IMG/VR virus record: IMGVR_UViG_3300027859_000022
Location: 1-53,112 of that record
From: a virus
Lineage: Duplodnaviria > Caudoviricetes
DNA length: 53,112 nucleotides
Strand: one strand, 5' to 3'
Shown: piece after piece, positions 39,813-49,389 of the stretch
How positions within the stretch are numbered: the first letter of the stretch is position 1
How the letters are laid out: the number at the start of each line of letters is the position of its first letter
Made by a program: the position numbers and the translations under genes
The notes under the pieces: model-generated
The model's database searches: none
Told to the model about the DNA's origin: nothing
Seen by the model: the letters and a program-made list of their open reading frames with translations, nothing else

Positions 39813-41125
39813 TTTAGATCCATATTTTTTAAAATGTGTGCGATAACATCTATAGTCCAACCGTTGCCTAACATTTTTAGTCTTTGCGAGTTTGATACAT
39901 GGTTAGTGTAATTATCAGGAACTGTTTGAAGGCGTTCACATTCTATTGGTAAAAGTTTTCTCCAAGATAAATCTTCTACTACAACACTATCCTTTTGTAC
40001 TGATCCTATTGAATTACTTTTTTGATCTTTTCTTAGCTCTAGCATTTGCTCAGGCTTTGAGTCTTTCCATTTTACCCTTTGCCCTTTATCGTCATAAGAC
40101 CTTGCTCTCCAAGCTCCTGATAAAACTTTAGGCTCACGATTACCACCTCCCATTGTATTTAATGTTGGCGACTTGCCTTCTGGTGAGTAAACTCTTTTTA
40201 GTATGTCGTGTCCATTTATGTCAACAGCTACGCCAACTTGCATAGGCGTGGTTGCTTTTTCATTTACCCACATGTTTCCATTGCTGATATTTGTTCTTAG
40301 CGTAGTGGATTTATTACCTTTAATTTCTTTTTTATTATAAGGATCATTGAATTTAGCATTTTTATTTTCGACATATTTTTCTACGGAGTTTTTAGATATG
40401 TATTTTTTGTTTAAAGCATAAAGGCTATCTGTCGATTGTTTGTATTGATTTGCAAGTAAAGCCCCACTCTTTTCTTGGCCAGGTTTAAAAGCTCTGGATC
40501 TTGGGTTATCTTTTGCTCTTTTATTTGCAAGATCAGATAAAGCATAACTTTCTGTATTTTCTTTAATAAGAATATCTTCCAAAATAATATTTTTATCTAT
40601 TGGCTGCTCTATGTTTGGTATGTTAGTCCAATACAATCTCAGTCTATTTTGAGCTGATACAAGAGCTGAATTAATTAAAATGGGCTTTATCTTACCTTCA
40701 AATAAATCGCCACCTTGAAACTCAGGATAGCAAACAGAAACCTGGTTTGTTATTACATCTTGAAACTCTTGTTTCATTCTGACATTTTCTAATAAAAAAT
40801 ATTTTGGCTTTATTTCTTTTAATAACCTAATGAACTCAAAAAATAGTGCAGACCTTGGATCGTCAAAAGCCAACTGTTTGCCAGCAAAAGAAAAACCCTG
40901 ACAAGGAGAACCAGCAAGTATTAAATCTACATCTTTGAAATCTTTTGGATCTAAATTACAAACATCTCCAACTTGGATTGTGTCGGGAAAATTAGCTTGG
41001 GCTACTTGAATTGCAAACTTGTCTATTTCACTTGCATAATAAGTATCTACCTCAATACCAAGTCTTTTTAGAGCTAACTGACCACAACTCATTCCATCAA
41101 ACAAACTTAGAACTCTAATCCCCAT
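39809..41125 (-). CDS. DNA (cytosine-5) methyltransferase
   Basis: LSLFDGMSCG, GSPCQGFS, LLENV, QNRLRLYW, ECERLQT and LGNGW. Confidence 0.95.
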   Translation of the reverse strand: MGIRVLSLFDGMSCGQLALKRLGIEVDTYYASEIDKFAIQVAQANFPDTIQVGDVCNLDPKDFKDVDLILAGSPCQGFSFAGKQLAFDDPRSALFFEFIRLLKEIKPKYFLLENVRMKQEFQDVITNQVSVCYPEFQGGDLFEGKIKPILINSALVSAQNRLRLYWTNIPNIEQPIDKNIILEDILIKENTESYALSDLANKRAKDNPRSRAFKPGQEKSGALLANQYKQSTDSLYALNKKYISKNSVEKYVENKNAKFNDPYNKKEIKGNKSTTLRTNISNGNMWVNEKATTPMQVGVAVDINGHDILKRVYSPEGKSPTLNTMGGGNREPKVLSGAWRARSYDDKGQRVKWKDSKPEQMLELRKDQKSNSIGSVQKDSVVVEDLSWRKLLPIECERLQTVPDNYTNHVSNSQRLKMLGNGWTIDVIAHILKNMDLK

Positions 41126-41318
41126 CTGTCCTAGTATAATAAATAGTAAAAGATTTTGTAGCTTTATTAGTAATCTTTTTAATGAAACAATCAGGCGATA
41201 AAGCTTTTACCTTATTGAAAGCATGTTCAAAAGAAACACAGTCAGATGCCTGAATAATTTTTAACTTATCTCCTTGCTGAACTTCAGCTTGATAATCGTG
41301 TCTAACCTCTAAGGTCAT
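41115..41318 (-). CDS. Hypothetical protein
   Basis: ORF track. Confidence 0.55.
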   Translation of the reverse strand: MTLEVRHDYQAEVQQGDKLKIIQASDCVSFEHAFNKVKALSPDCFIKKITNKATKSFTIYYTRTDGD

Positions 41319-41442
41319 CTTTAATATTAAGTATGTGTTTAGATCTTGCTACTGGATCTGCTATATACATCCGATAAATGCAATCATCTTTGCCGTCAAA
41401 ACCTAATATAACTTCCCCTTCAATTCTGTAATAAGCGATCAT
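41302..41442 (-). CDS. Small hypothetical protein (46 aa)
   Basis: RBS AGGAG. MIAYYRIEGEVILGFD. Confidence 0.55.
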   Translation of the reverse strand: MIAYYRIEGEVILGFDGKDDCIYRMYIADPVARSKHILNIKDDLRG

Positions 41443-41530
41443 TTTTTCTCCTTTTTTTAACATGTTTTTGTAATCTTAACAAAGTTTGATCTGTTAATTT
41501 ACCTGCATATTTTATTTTTGTGTTAGTCAT
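41420..41530 (-). CDS. Small basic ORF (36 aa)
   Basis: RBS GGAG. MTNTKIKYAGKL. Confidence 0.45.
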   Translation of the reverse strand: MTNTKIKYAGKLTDQTLLRLQKHVKKRRKNDRLLQN

Positions 41531-41630
41531 ATACTTCTCCAAATACAATCCAAACATCTATATTTGCTAACAAAAATATTAAAGATCCTGCTAAGAAAAG
41601 TATTATGTAATCTTTTGCAGTAAGTTTCAT
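41523..41630 (-). CDS. Small membrane peptide (35 aa)
   Basis: MKLTAKDYIILFLAGSLIFLLANIDVW. Confidence 0.55.
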   Translation of the reverse strand: MKLTAKDYIILFLAGSLIFLLANIDVWIVFGEVYD

Positions 41631-41725
41631 AAACTAACAATACCGACTGCTATATTCCAAGACATAATCAGTAGCCCTATCAAGATGCAAATCCCCAAAG
41701 CTATAGCCCACTTATCTTCTCTCAT
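41627..41725 (-). CDS. Small membrane peptide (32 aa)
   Basis: MREDKWAIALGICILIGLLIMSW. Overlaps both neighbours. Confidence 0.55.
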   Translation of the reverse strand: MREDKWAIALGICILIGLLIMSWNIAVGIVSL

Positions 41726-42609
41726 CAAATCTCTCTGTCGTTGTCCTCTCTGAGCTTAATTTCTACAAGATTAGGAGAATTGTAGATCATAGGCTCTTCG
41801 CCCTTCATAACATCTCTATATAGCCCTAAAGTGCCTTCTAATGCTATCCACCCAGCTACTAAATCTTTTTCAGACATTTTGAAGATTTTACTAGCATAAG
41901 GTTTCTTTTTTTCTTGTGCGACAAAGTAAAACCCTTCTACCTTAAATCCTGCCTTTTCATACCCTCTTTTGTACCAAGACGCTTGTAAATCATAGCCGTA
42001 CTTACGAACAGAGCTTAGAAATCCTTTAGGCGAACAATCCATTGTAGTTTTGTAATCAACAATAATTATATTCTTTTCGGAATACGGCTGACCTATTGGG
42101 TGTCTAATAACATCAGATCTTAACTTGCAAAGTGTTTCTCCTTCATACCAATAAAATGACGACTCATATGGACTTTCAAATATAGAAGGATAATCAAGCT
42201 CATTTGGATTGAGGTACTTACTTGCCTCAGGAATAAGTGCATCTTGCATGGCAAAAATATCTTCTTTTTGTTGATTATTAATGACGGTATAACCTCTTTG
42301 CTCATAGTCTGCTTTTAACGACTTATTGGCACTTGTATAAGGAGATCCGACAATAACTGCTATATCCTTATCAAAAGCCTCTTGACCTTCAACTATAAGG
42401 GCGTGGGCTGCTGTCCCAAACCTTAGAGCTGGAGAGTCCTCTATCTCTTGATATAAAGCATGTACTTGGCTATCCATAAACTTTCTTATGGTTGACGAAC
42501 TTACGCCTGGACTGTTGTGATAAAAGCTATTGGTTAGCTTTGGGAAATAATATGCTTCATTCAAAACATAATTTTTATGTGGCTCTAGTATTTCAGGCAG
42601 ACTTTGCAT
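41725..42609 (-). CDS. RecE/exonuclease VIII-like PD-(D/E)XK nuclease (DUF3799-like)
   Basis: YHNSPGVSSS, FGTAAHALI, CKLRSD, VDYKTT, YGYDLQASWY and FVAQEK. Confidence 0.85.
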   Translation of the reverse strand: MQSLPEILEPHKNYVLNEAYYFPKLTNSFYHNSPGVSSSTIRKFMDSQVHALYQEIEDSPALRFGTAAHALIVEGQEAFDKDIAVIVGSPYTSANKSLKADYEQRGYTVINNQQKEDIFAMQDALIPEASKYLNPNELDYPSIFESPYESSFYWYEGETLCKLRSDVIRHPIGQPYSEKNIIIVDYKTTMDCSPKGFLSSVRKYGYDLQASWYKRGYEKAGFKVEGFYFVAQEKKKPYASKIFKMSEKDLVAGWIALEGTLGLYRDVMKGEEPMIYNSPNLVEIKLREDNDREI

Positions 42610-42724
42610 GTTGCTCCTCCTCTTTTAATTTTTGTTTAATTTCCTTAATCCATTCTTTAGTTCTTGCTAAGTCAAACTCAGCCATAGCTAACTGATGAAT
42701 TAAATCCTCTTCTTCTCTTTTCAT
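42593..42724 (-). CDS. Small coiled-coil protein (43 aa)
   Basis: RBS AGAGGT. MKREEEDLIHQLAMAEFDL. Confidence 0.55.
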   Translation of the reverse strand: MKREEEDLIHQLAMAEFDLARTKEWIKEIKQKLKEEEQHAKSA

Positions 42725-42785
42725 AAACTCTTACCTCTGCTTGTATTATATACACAATTAGTATAATATGTCCACTATTCGTAAT

Positions 42786-42900
42786 TAAGGGGAGATTTTT
42801 TAAGTTGCTCCTCTTAGTTCTAGTGCCGTTCATGTCATTCTCCCAAATTAACGGCTAAGGTTTCGGAGAGAGCCTGGCTAGAAATCTCTCCGCCCTTTCC
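42786..42900 (+). ncRNA. Candidate three-hairpin small RNA
   Basis: Stems 42786-42816, 42825-42855 and 42864-42892 in an ORF-free gap. TATAAT at 42762. Strand inferred from G-U pairs. Confidence 0.5.
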
Positions 42901-42930
42901 TATAGTCGTTAAGTATGTATATAATCTGTT

Positions 42931-43224
42931 ATGGCTTACGAAGTTATAAATTTTACTGAAAAATTAGGGCCGCCTACTACTCAAGAACTTATAAGCAAAT
43001 GCGATAGCATAGTAGATAATCATTGCATAAGAGGAGAGTCGGAACTTATGACTAGCCTTTGTATGCTTTCTTATGCTTTGCAAAAGATAATGCAGATCAC
43101 ACAGTCGGAACAAGAAACAGTACGCCTGGTTAATGAAACTTTAGATGCTCATTTACCTGATAATTACATAGGGGAAGAAGGTATATATTTTACTGCTGAT
43201 TTTGAATTAGATCCTGAAAATTAA
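42931..43224 (+). CDS. Hypothetical protein
   Basis: ORF track. TATAAT about 6 nt upstream suggests a leaderless mRNA. Confidence 0.6.
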   Translation: MAYEVINFTEKLGPPTTQELISKCDSIVDNHCIRGESELMTSLCMLSYALQKIMQITQSEQETVRLVNETLDAHLPDNYIGEEGIYFTADFELDPEN

Positions 43225-43445
43225 TATTGTCGGGTTTTTGTCATGGTGTTTATGACAACGCAAACCCTTTATTTATAAGGCTTTCATTAATATTTTATTT
43301 TTTTCATTTTTGTCATAAGAATAATAAGAAAATACCCCTTAATACTCTAAAGTTCTTGACAACTAAACAGTCGGGAGTGTACCCTTGCTACACACTATTG
43401 GGAGAATGGTGGGAGGAGGTCGTATTAGAATACGCTAAAAAAATC

Positions 43446-43982
43446 ATGGCAGATTATCAAAAGAAACATGATACAACTTACGAAGGCAATCTACTTGCTG
43501 AAAAAGATACTCCTCCTATCGAAACTTGCAACCTAGACAAGAAACTCAATCGCAGACAAAGAATATTCATTTGGACTGCTGTAAATAATCCTAGACTATC
43601 TCTGATCGAGTCGGCTGCGAAGGCAGGTTATAAAGATCCACGACAGGCCGCAAACAAGCTCATGAGCAATCCTTTAATTAGATCCGAATACAATTACCTG
43701 ATGAATGAAGTTAAGAAGAAGTACGAGCTTAATTATGATCGGGCAGTTCAAGATTTGTACGACATTCGGGATAAAGCTTTGGAAGCTGGATCCTTTAATG
43801 CAGCAATCTCAGCTCAGAATAGTTTGCTTAGAGTCGGGGGACTTATTGTTGACCGTAAGGAAGTTATGTTCGGAAAAATTGACCAAATGAGTAGAGAAGA
43901 AGTCGAGGGCCGCTTAGAAACGCTGCTTGGTCAGACAATAGAGGCACAAGTTATTCAAGATAGCACAAGTTATTCAAGATAA
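43446..43982 (+). CDS. terS: Terminase small subunit
   Basis: LNRRQRIF...SAAKAGYK...AANKLMSNP HTH, then LYDIRDKALEAGSFNAAISA and GGLIVDRKE. The C-terminus is altered by a 19-bp duplication; without it the gene ends at 44034. Confidence 0.75.
   Translation: MADYQKKHDTTYEGNLLAEKDTPPIETCNLDKKLNRRQRIFIWTAVNNPRLSLIESAAKAGYKDPRQAANKLMSNPLIRSEYNYLMNEVKKKYELNYDRAVQDLYDIRDKALEAGSFNAAISAQNSLLRVGGLIVDRKEVMFGKIDQMSREEVEGRLETLLGQTIEAQVIQDSTSYSR
43944..43981. repeat. 19-bp exact tandem duplication
   Basis: gcacaagttattcaagata twice. Confidence 0.95.
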
Positions 43983-44009
43983 CGCTTTAGAAAATGATGA
44001 TGTGAGTGA

Positions 44010-44069
44010 TCTAGAAAGTGAAGTAGAGCAATAAAAGGGGAGAAAAAGACAAGTATCACTCTACTTCGG
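44010..44069 (-). ncRNA. Candidate hairpin small RNA with an anti-RBS loop
   Basis: Minus-strand promoter TAGACA-N18-TAAAAT (about 44103-44074). Stem GAAGTAGAG/CTCTACTTC; loop contains UCUUUUUCUCCCC. Confidence 0.5.
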
Positions 44070-44100
44070 TTATATTTTAACTGCTAATTACACCTCTTGT

Positions 44101-44172
44101 CTAACCAAAATAGTAATCAATTAAGACAACTATTCCGATTAATGCAACCAGCACTATTTCCCAAAACACCAT
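44101..44172 (-). CDS. Membrane micropeptide (23 aa)
   Basis: MVFWEIVLVALIGIVVLIDYYFG. Paralogue at 49386. Confidence 0.65.
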   Translation of the reverse strand: MVFWEIVLVALIGIVVLIDYYFG

Positions 44173-44534
44173 TAATGACTAATGAGTGCTTTGATTTTAT
44201 TAACTTGGAAAACCATTTGCAGTTTATCTAAGTCTTTTTTAGAGTGTCCACCGACATTCCATTCGGTAATCTGATCAACTTCTAATCCGTCATCTCCTAG
44301 ATAGTTCTTGCCATTCTTCCAATTATAAATATGTAAGTATGTGCCGTCTTGGAATTCAATATCCCATTCGACATCTGTCTTACCGTCTGAAGTAGATAAA
44401 TCTATCTTCATTGGCTCTCCAAAAGAGTCGATTAACTCTTGATAAGAACATTTTAAATAGCCAATTAAACTTGATCCAAAGATCGCATTTTCATTGACAC
44501 CTTCATTATGTGTAATGAACATATATGGTTTCAT
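44172..44534 (-). CDS. Conserved hypothetical phage protein
   Basis: SSLIGYLKCSYQELIDSFGEP, DGKTDVEW, IYNWK and WNVGG. RBS GGAGGT supports start 44534. Confidence 0.7.
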   Translation of the reverse strand: MKPYMFITHNEGVNENAIFGSSLIGYLKCSYQELIDSFGEPMKIDLSTSDGKTDVEWDIEFQDGTYLHIYNWKNGKNYLGDDGLEVDQITEWNVGGHSKKDLDKLQMVFQVNKIKALISH

Positions 44535-47500
44535 ATTACCTCCTCTGTTTCTAATACTATACCAATCCATTTTACATTCCTCATGCTCTTTAAAGCTTGA
44601 GAAAGTAAACTGAAATCTGCTTGATTATCCACCGAAATCCAAACTATTGGTTTATTACCTAACTTGGCTTTTCTTGGATTGAGATCGCTTTGTATCGTTC
44701 TCAGATACTCTATAGCGTCTTGTACTTGTTTAAGTTTTAAGTTCTGCATTAATCTTTGTAATAAAAATCTTCTGAACATTCTATTAAAAATTTTACTTCT
44801 AATAAGTTATCTAATTCTTCTTGCCACCTTTCTTCTTTTGGCTCTGATTTAATTTGATTATTAGCAACTCCAATTAGACATTTAACAACTGCTAAAGCTG
44901 TTTCTAGTTCCTTGCTTGTTCTTTTGTGTGTAAGCTCTATACTCATGAGATCTCCTCTTTTTTAATAAATATTTCTCTTATGTCCTCTATAAAATATTGC
45001 ATAGTTTCTAAATCAACCTCGACTCCATCTCTTAGTTCAGATATTTGACTATGTACCCATTCAATTTTTTCGTAATCAGTCATGCGACCTTCCTTCCACA
45101 AGTTTAATTGTTCATCAATTATTGATGATAAATCCGAATAAAATTTTAAAGCTTCTTTGCGATCAGAAGTACAAAAACCTTCCATACAATCCATAGTGAA
45201 ATAATTATCTTCGTCAATTTGCAACTCGTCTTTTAGTTTATTTTTAATTACTTGGTCTATATCTTCAGTAATATCCCATTCGACAAAGTATCTAGTCTGT
45301 TTATCTTGACCTATTTCTTGTTCAAAATTACACCAAATTTCTTGATCTATATCTCCATGTTCTTTGTAAGTTCTCATATCTACTCCTCTAAGTAATTATT
45401 GAAACAAATTCTTTGTTATCGTCTTGTTGCACATCATCAATCTCAAGCCATTCATCTGCAAATACAGGTTTATCATTTTCCCAATCGCACACAACAAGTT
45501 TATCTTGCACTTGAATATCGACTATGGCTTTTGGATTGCATTCTTTTAATCTTTTTATTAGTTCGTGTACTCTCATACTTCCTCCTTATCAATTAAAAAC
45601 TCTCCAAATAAATCATTAGCAAGTTCGCTACATTTTTCTGCAAAACAATCTTGGTAATCATCAAGAAAATCTTCCCATTCATCATCACTTAATTCATTTT
45701 CTAGGTCTAAGTGTTCCTTCTTCATATATTGGTAAAGGGTATTACTTAGTTCTTGGTTTAGTTTAGGTATTTCCATTATGCGTCCTCCACTTCAAAAAAA
45801 TTACTAGGATAAGGACTGCATTCTTCAGAAGTATCTATAAAATGCTGTGCCTCCTTTTCACTATCAAAAACATGTTCAAGCAAATAAGAGTCCATAGTGT
45901 CTGTATATCTAATTTTAAATTTAAGTTTACTCATGCTTTCTCCTTTAAATTAATTCTTTATCGTGTTCGTAAGTTCCCTCATTCATGCTTTCCACCCATT
46001 TCCACTTGCCTTCAATCCTGTAAAGAATATCTTTGCAACATGACATACCATGAACAACCAAAGCTATATCGCCACTCCAAGCAGGACAGTCAGGCATATA
46101 CCCTTTTAAAACAACTACATTGGTTAAGCTATTTTCACAAAAATACTCTCCATGCTTATCTTCTATAAATCCATAAATATCATTTAACTCTTTTGCTATC
46201 TCTTTAAGATCATTAATTGTTGGCTCACTCATAAGTTCTCCTTGTTAAAAATTTCTACATTGTGTTCTATTATTTGAAAGTCTGTAATTTTTTCAGACAC
46301 GAGTCCATAGCCATCCCTTTGTTTATTATTTTCTTTTAACCACTCGTCAGGGTTATCTGTGATAGCAACTAAATCTCTATCGCCATAACTGTCATAAAAA
46401 TAAATTAAATATAGTTTCATTGTTCCTCCTCTTGTAAAAAAATATCTTGGTTATCTGATTGAATGCTTTGGTACTTATCGGGATTTTCTTGCATATCTTC
46501 GGAAGTCCATTTCTCTGCTAAATCCCAATCTTCTTCTTCGCTTGTGTTGTAAGGCAAATGATCTTTTGGATCAAATTCTTCTACATCTATAGCAGGATAT
46601 AATCTATCGTTCATATCTTGATCTAAAAGAAGTTCTGCTTTACCTTCGGCTTGTAATAAATCATCTGCTAATACTTTGTAATAGCCAACATAATCTGCCC
46701 TAACTCTAATATAAAAAGTTTTTTGATCTTTCATTTGCAAAACCTCTCAACAATATCTAGTTCTTCTCTAGTTATAGATTGGACTCGTTTAACCATGTAT
46801 AAAACACCATTCCAATCGTATGTATGCTCATCTTCAAAGTTTTCTTCAATTTGCTCATCTTCAAGTCCAAAAAAATCAATGAGTATGTCTTTATCAGTTA
46901 TGATCCCATTCTCATAATCTTTATAACTCATGTGGAAATAATCTGTTTCTCGATGCTCATTCCCACCGTCTAAAATTGCAAAATTTACATATATTAAATT
47001 TTCTGTCATTAGTTCTCCTCTACTGCTCTGTAGTCTGTTTTTCTAGTAATAAACATTTCTGCTTGGTACTTGTGGTTAAAATCAGCTACGGTTTTTCTAG
47101 TTTCAACATCAACCACCACATAAGATGTATCGACTTGGTTTCCTCTTTTCCTTATTACTTCAACTATATTGAACATATCTCCTCCTATTCTTGTTTGTTA
47201 ATAAAATCTTCAATGTAATCAAGAGTTTCATCAGGCGTTGCTCTATCCCAATAAGTTCTTGCTTTGTCCCATTCGTCAGACGACATAATATCTTCACAAC
47301 AATCAAACATTTTGTTGGTTAAATAACATTCGTCTATTTCGCCACACCACCAATCGTCATATTGTTTTTCGGTTTGTTCGTCTGATAAATTTCTAGTATC
47401 AATAATTTGTATTATTGATCTGATTTCTTTTCTTAATAAGCTTTTATTACTGCTCATTATCCTAACTCCTCGTCATTCCACTCGAATTCCCAACCAAGTT

Positions 47501-47887
47501 TAAGGCATAACTTTTTGTAAGTTTTTCTCCCACTTGTAGTCATTGATTGATAATCCCAACCTAGATCGTCAACCAAATTCACAATAATTGTGTATTCCTT
47601 TAATCCTATTTTTGAAATAAGTTTTTTTGCATTTTTATTCATTAGTCCTCCCTCACTATATTGAATTTTTGTTTAAGAAAGTTTTCTACTTCCCAAACTA
47701 TTTCGTCAAAAATTATTTGTCCTTCTGTAGTGAAATGACTAATTCCGTCTTGATCAGAAATAAGTTCGTCAAACTCAGTCAGTCCATTTACCGTTGGTGT
47801 GTTAAATTTTTTTATCATTACACTAGCTGAAAATTCATCAACCAATTCAAGATAATCTTCAGGTTTTAATATCGTTTTGCCACTCAT
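44531..47887 (-). other. Operon of about 14 small, mostly acidic early genes
   Basis: ORFs 44531-44779, 44749-44946, 44943-45377, 45388-45576, 45573-45776, 45776-45934, 45945-46232, 46229-46420, 46417-46740, 46731-47009, 47009-47176, 47185-47457, 47457-47642 and 47642-47887. Mostly overlapping start/stop codons with GGAG RBSs. Confidence 0.75.
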
Positions 47888-47928
47888 TAGTTTAATTCTC
47901 CTTTTAAATAATTGATTACTATTTGTAT

Positions 47929-47956
47929 ATTATAGACACTAATCAAGAGATTACAA
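47929..47956 (-). promoter_or_regulatory. Leftward early promoter
   Basis: TTGTAA-N16-TATAAT on the minus strand, flanked by TTAC-N5-GTAT boxes at 47916 and 47951. Confidence 0.6.
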
Positions 47957-47998
47957 TAAGTATCTATAAAAAATAATAAAAAATATTCAGTCGTTGCT

Positions 47999-48213
47999 AT
48001 CAGAAAAGGAAATCGCATTACCCCTCTCTTTTGATCGCTTACTGTAAAAAAAAGCAGTTTTTCCTAACTGAATAGGATCAACAAAGTCGGCTCACATAAT
48101 ATCTAATCGTTGTAATCAGAAAAGGAAATCGCATTACCCCTCTCTTTTGATCGCTTACTGTAAAAAAAAGCAGTTTTTCCTAACTGAATAGGATCAACAA
48201 AGTCGGCTCACAT
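47999..48213. repeat. 99-bp exact direct repeat (47999-48097 and 48115-48213)
   Basis: atcagaaaaggaaatcgcattacccc...aaagtcggctcacat twice, with a 17-bp spacer. Confidence 0.95.
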
Positions 48214-48407
48214 GTCGGGAGTCGGTTTAGGAATTGTCGGGTAAAGTTTTTGGAGTATATACACATAAGTTTAACACAACTGATCCTTCAGGCCAGGGGA
48301 TCTTTTCTTGGATCTCAAACCTGCCAGGATGATTTTTGGTTTACAAATAGTATAACTAAAAGTTATAAGAATTGTTTACTTTATGTAAAATTAATCTAAA
48401 TAAATAG

Positions 48408-48436
48408 TTGACAAATAGTAAACTGTCTGACATAAT
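48408..48436 (+). promoter_or_regulatory. Early sigma70 promoter
   Basis: TTGACA-N17-CATAAT. Confidence 0.8.
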
Positions 48437-48467
48437 ACACTCATAACTTAAACAAAAGGGAGACATT

Positions 48468-48710
48468 ATGACTAAAAAAGATTACGAACTAATAGCTAAA
48501 GCGATCAAAGATAATACCGAATGGGTGCGAGTTGATGACGGATATGGCGAAACTCTTGAAGAAAGAAAAATACATCCCGTTGATATTATGGTCACTCTAT
48601 CGATTGCTTTTGAAAAAGAAAATCCAAATTTTGACCAATACAAATTTTTTGATGCTTGTAAAAAACCTTATCCTGAAGATTGGAAACCCGAAAAAACTAC
48701 AGAAGAATAA
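48468..48710 (+). CDS. Early hypothetical protein
   Basis: MTKKDYELIAKAI...ENPNFDQYKFFDAC. RBS GGGAG. Confidence 0.8.
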   Translation: MTKKDYELIAKAIKDNTEWVRVDDGYGETLEERKIHPVDIMVTLSIAFEKENPNFDQYKFFDACKKPYPEDWKPEKTTEE

Positions 48711-48726
48711 AGTCGGGAGCAGTCGG

Positions 48727-48751
48727 GGGGAGCTTTTGCTCCCCTTTTTTT
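48727..48751 (+). terminator. Rho-independent terminator
   Basis: GGGGAGC-TTTT-GCTCCCC plus a T tract. Confidence 0.85.
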
Positions 48752-48846
48752 GTTTTAAAAAAAATCTAAAGTACACAATAAAGATCACAAGCTCCTCCAG
48801 CCAGGTAGATCTTGTTCTGCGTGTTCTCCAGGGGTAAAAACAATAG

Positions 48847-48875
48847 TTGACAATTAGTAGCCAAGTAGATATTAT
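48847..48875 (+). promoter_or_regulatory. Early sigma70 promoter
   Basis: TTGACA-N17-TATTAT. Confidence 0.8.
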
Positions 48876-48905
48876 TTAAGTTCACTAATTAACGGAGAAA
48901 AAGAT

Positions 48906-49064
48906 ATGAGTGAGAAACTTAAATATGTATGGAAAGAAAATAAGTACGGGCATTACCGTATATCTATAGTATCTATAGATGGTCTAGAGTTTAATTCTCT
49001 ACGCCAAGCAAAAGTTCATATTAAAAATAAAAAGGCGAGAGCTAGGAGGAGATTGAATGGCTGA
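48906..49064 (+). CDS. Small basic early protein (52 aa)
   Basis: RBS GGAG. MSEKLKYVWKENKYG...FNSLRQAK. Confidence 0.65.
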   Translation: MSEKLKYVWKENKYGHYRISIVSIDGLEFNSLRQAKVHIKNKKARARRRLNG

Positions 49065-49389
49065 TTTAAAAAGTTCAACAGACGAAAGACTTTACGAGAT
49101 GTGTAAAGACATTCAAGAAAACATTCCTAACTATCAATTTCATGATCCAGAAGATGACAACTATCTTGAAGTATATGATGAAAAATATATTGTTGGTATA
49201 GATGGCGAGTTTCAAGACTGTATCCTGATGGTTGCAGGTGGTGGTCCAGTTATATGGATTGATACTTGGAGTCAAGAGGTCCAGGGGTATTGGGGTACGG
49301 ATAAAGTAGCTCTGCCGATATATGACTACGAGCATATAAAAGACCACTTTGAAGAAATGTGCGTGGGTAAAACTATAGGTCTTTCATGA
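49057..49389 (+). CDS. Early hypothetical protein
   Basis: ILMVAGGGPVIWIDT...GYWG. RBS AGGAGGAG. Confidence 0.8.
   Translation: MADLKSSTDERLYEMCKDIQENIPNYQFHDPEDDNYLEVYDEKYIVGIDGEFQDCILMVAGGGPVIWIDTWSQEVQGYWGTDKVALPIYDYEHIKDHFEEMCVGKTIGLS

Noticed and set aside
42786-42900. tRNA interpretation of the three hairpins
   Set aside because: No TTC(G/A)A T-loop, acceptor stem or CCA end.
43227-43445. N-terminal extension of TerS in the ORF track
   Set aside because: It begins at a TTG without an RBS and crosses AT-rich, intergenic-looking DNA. ATG 43446 is more plausible, though not certain.
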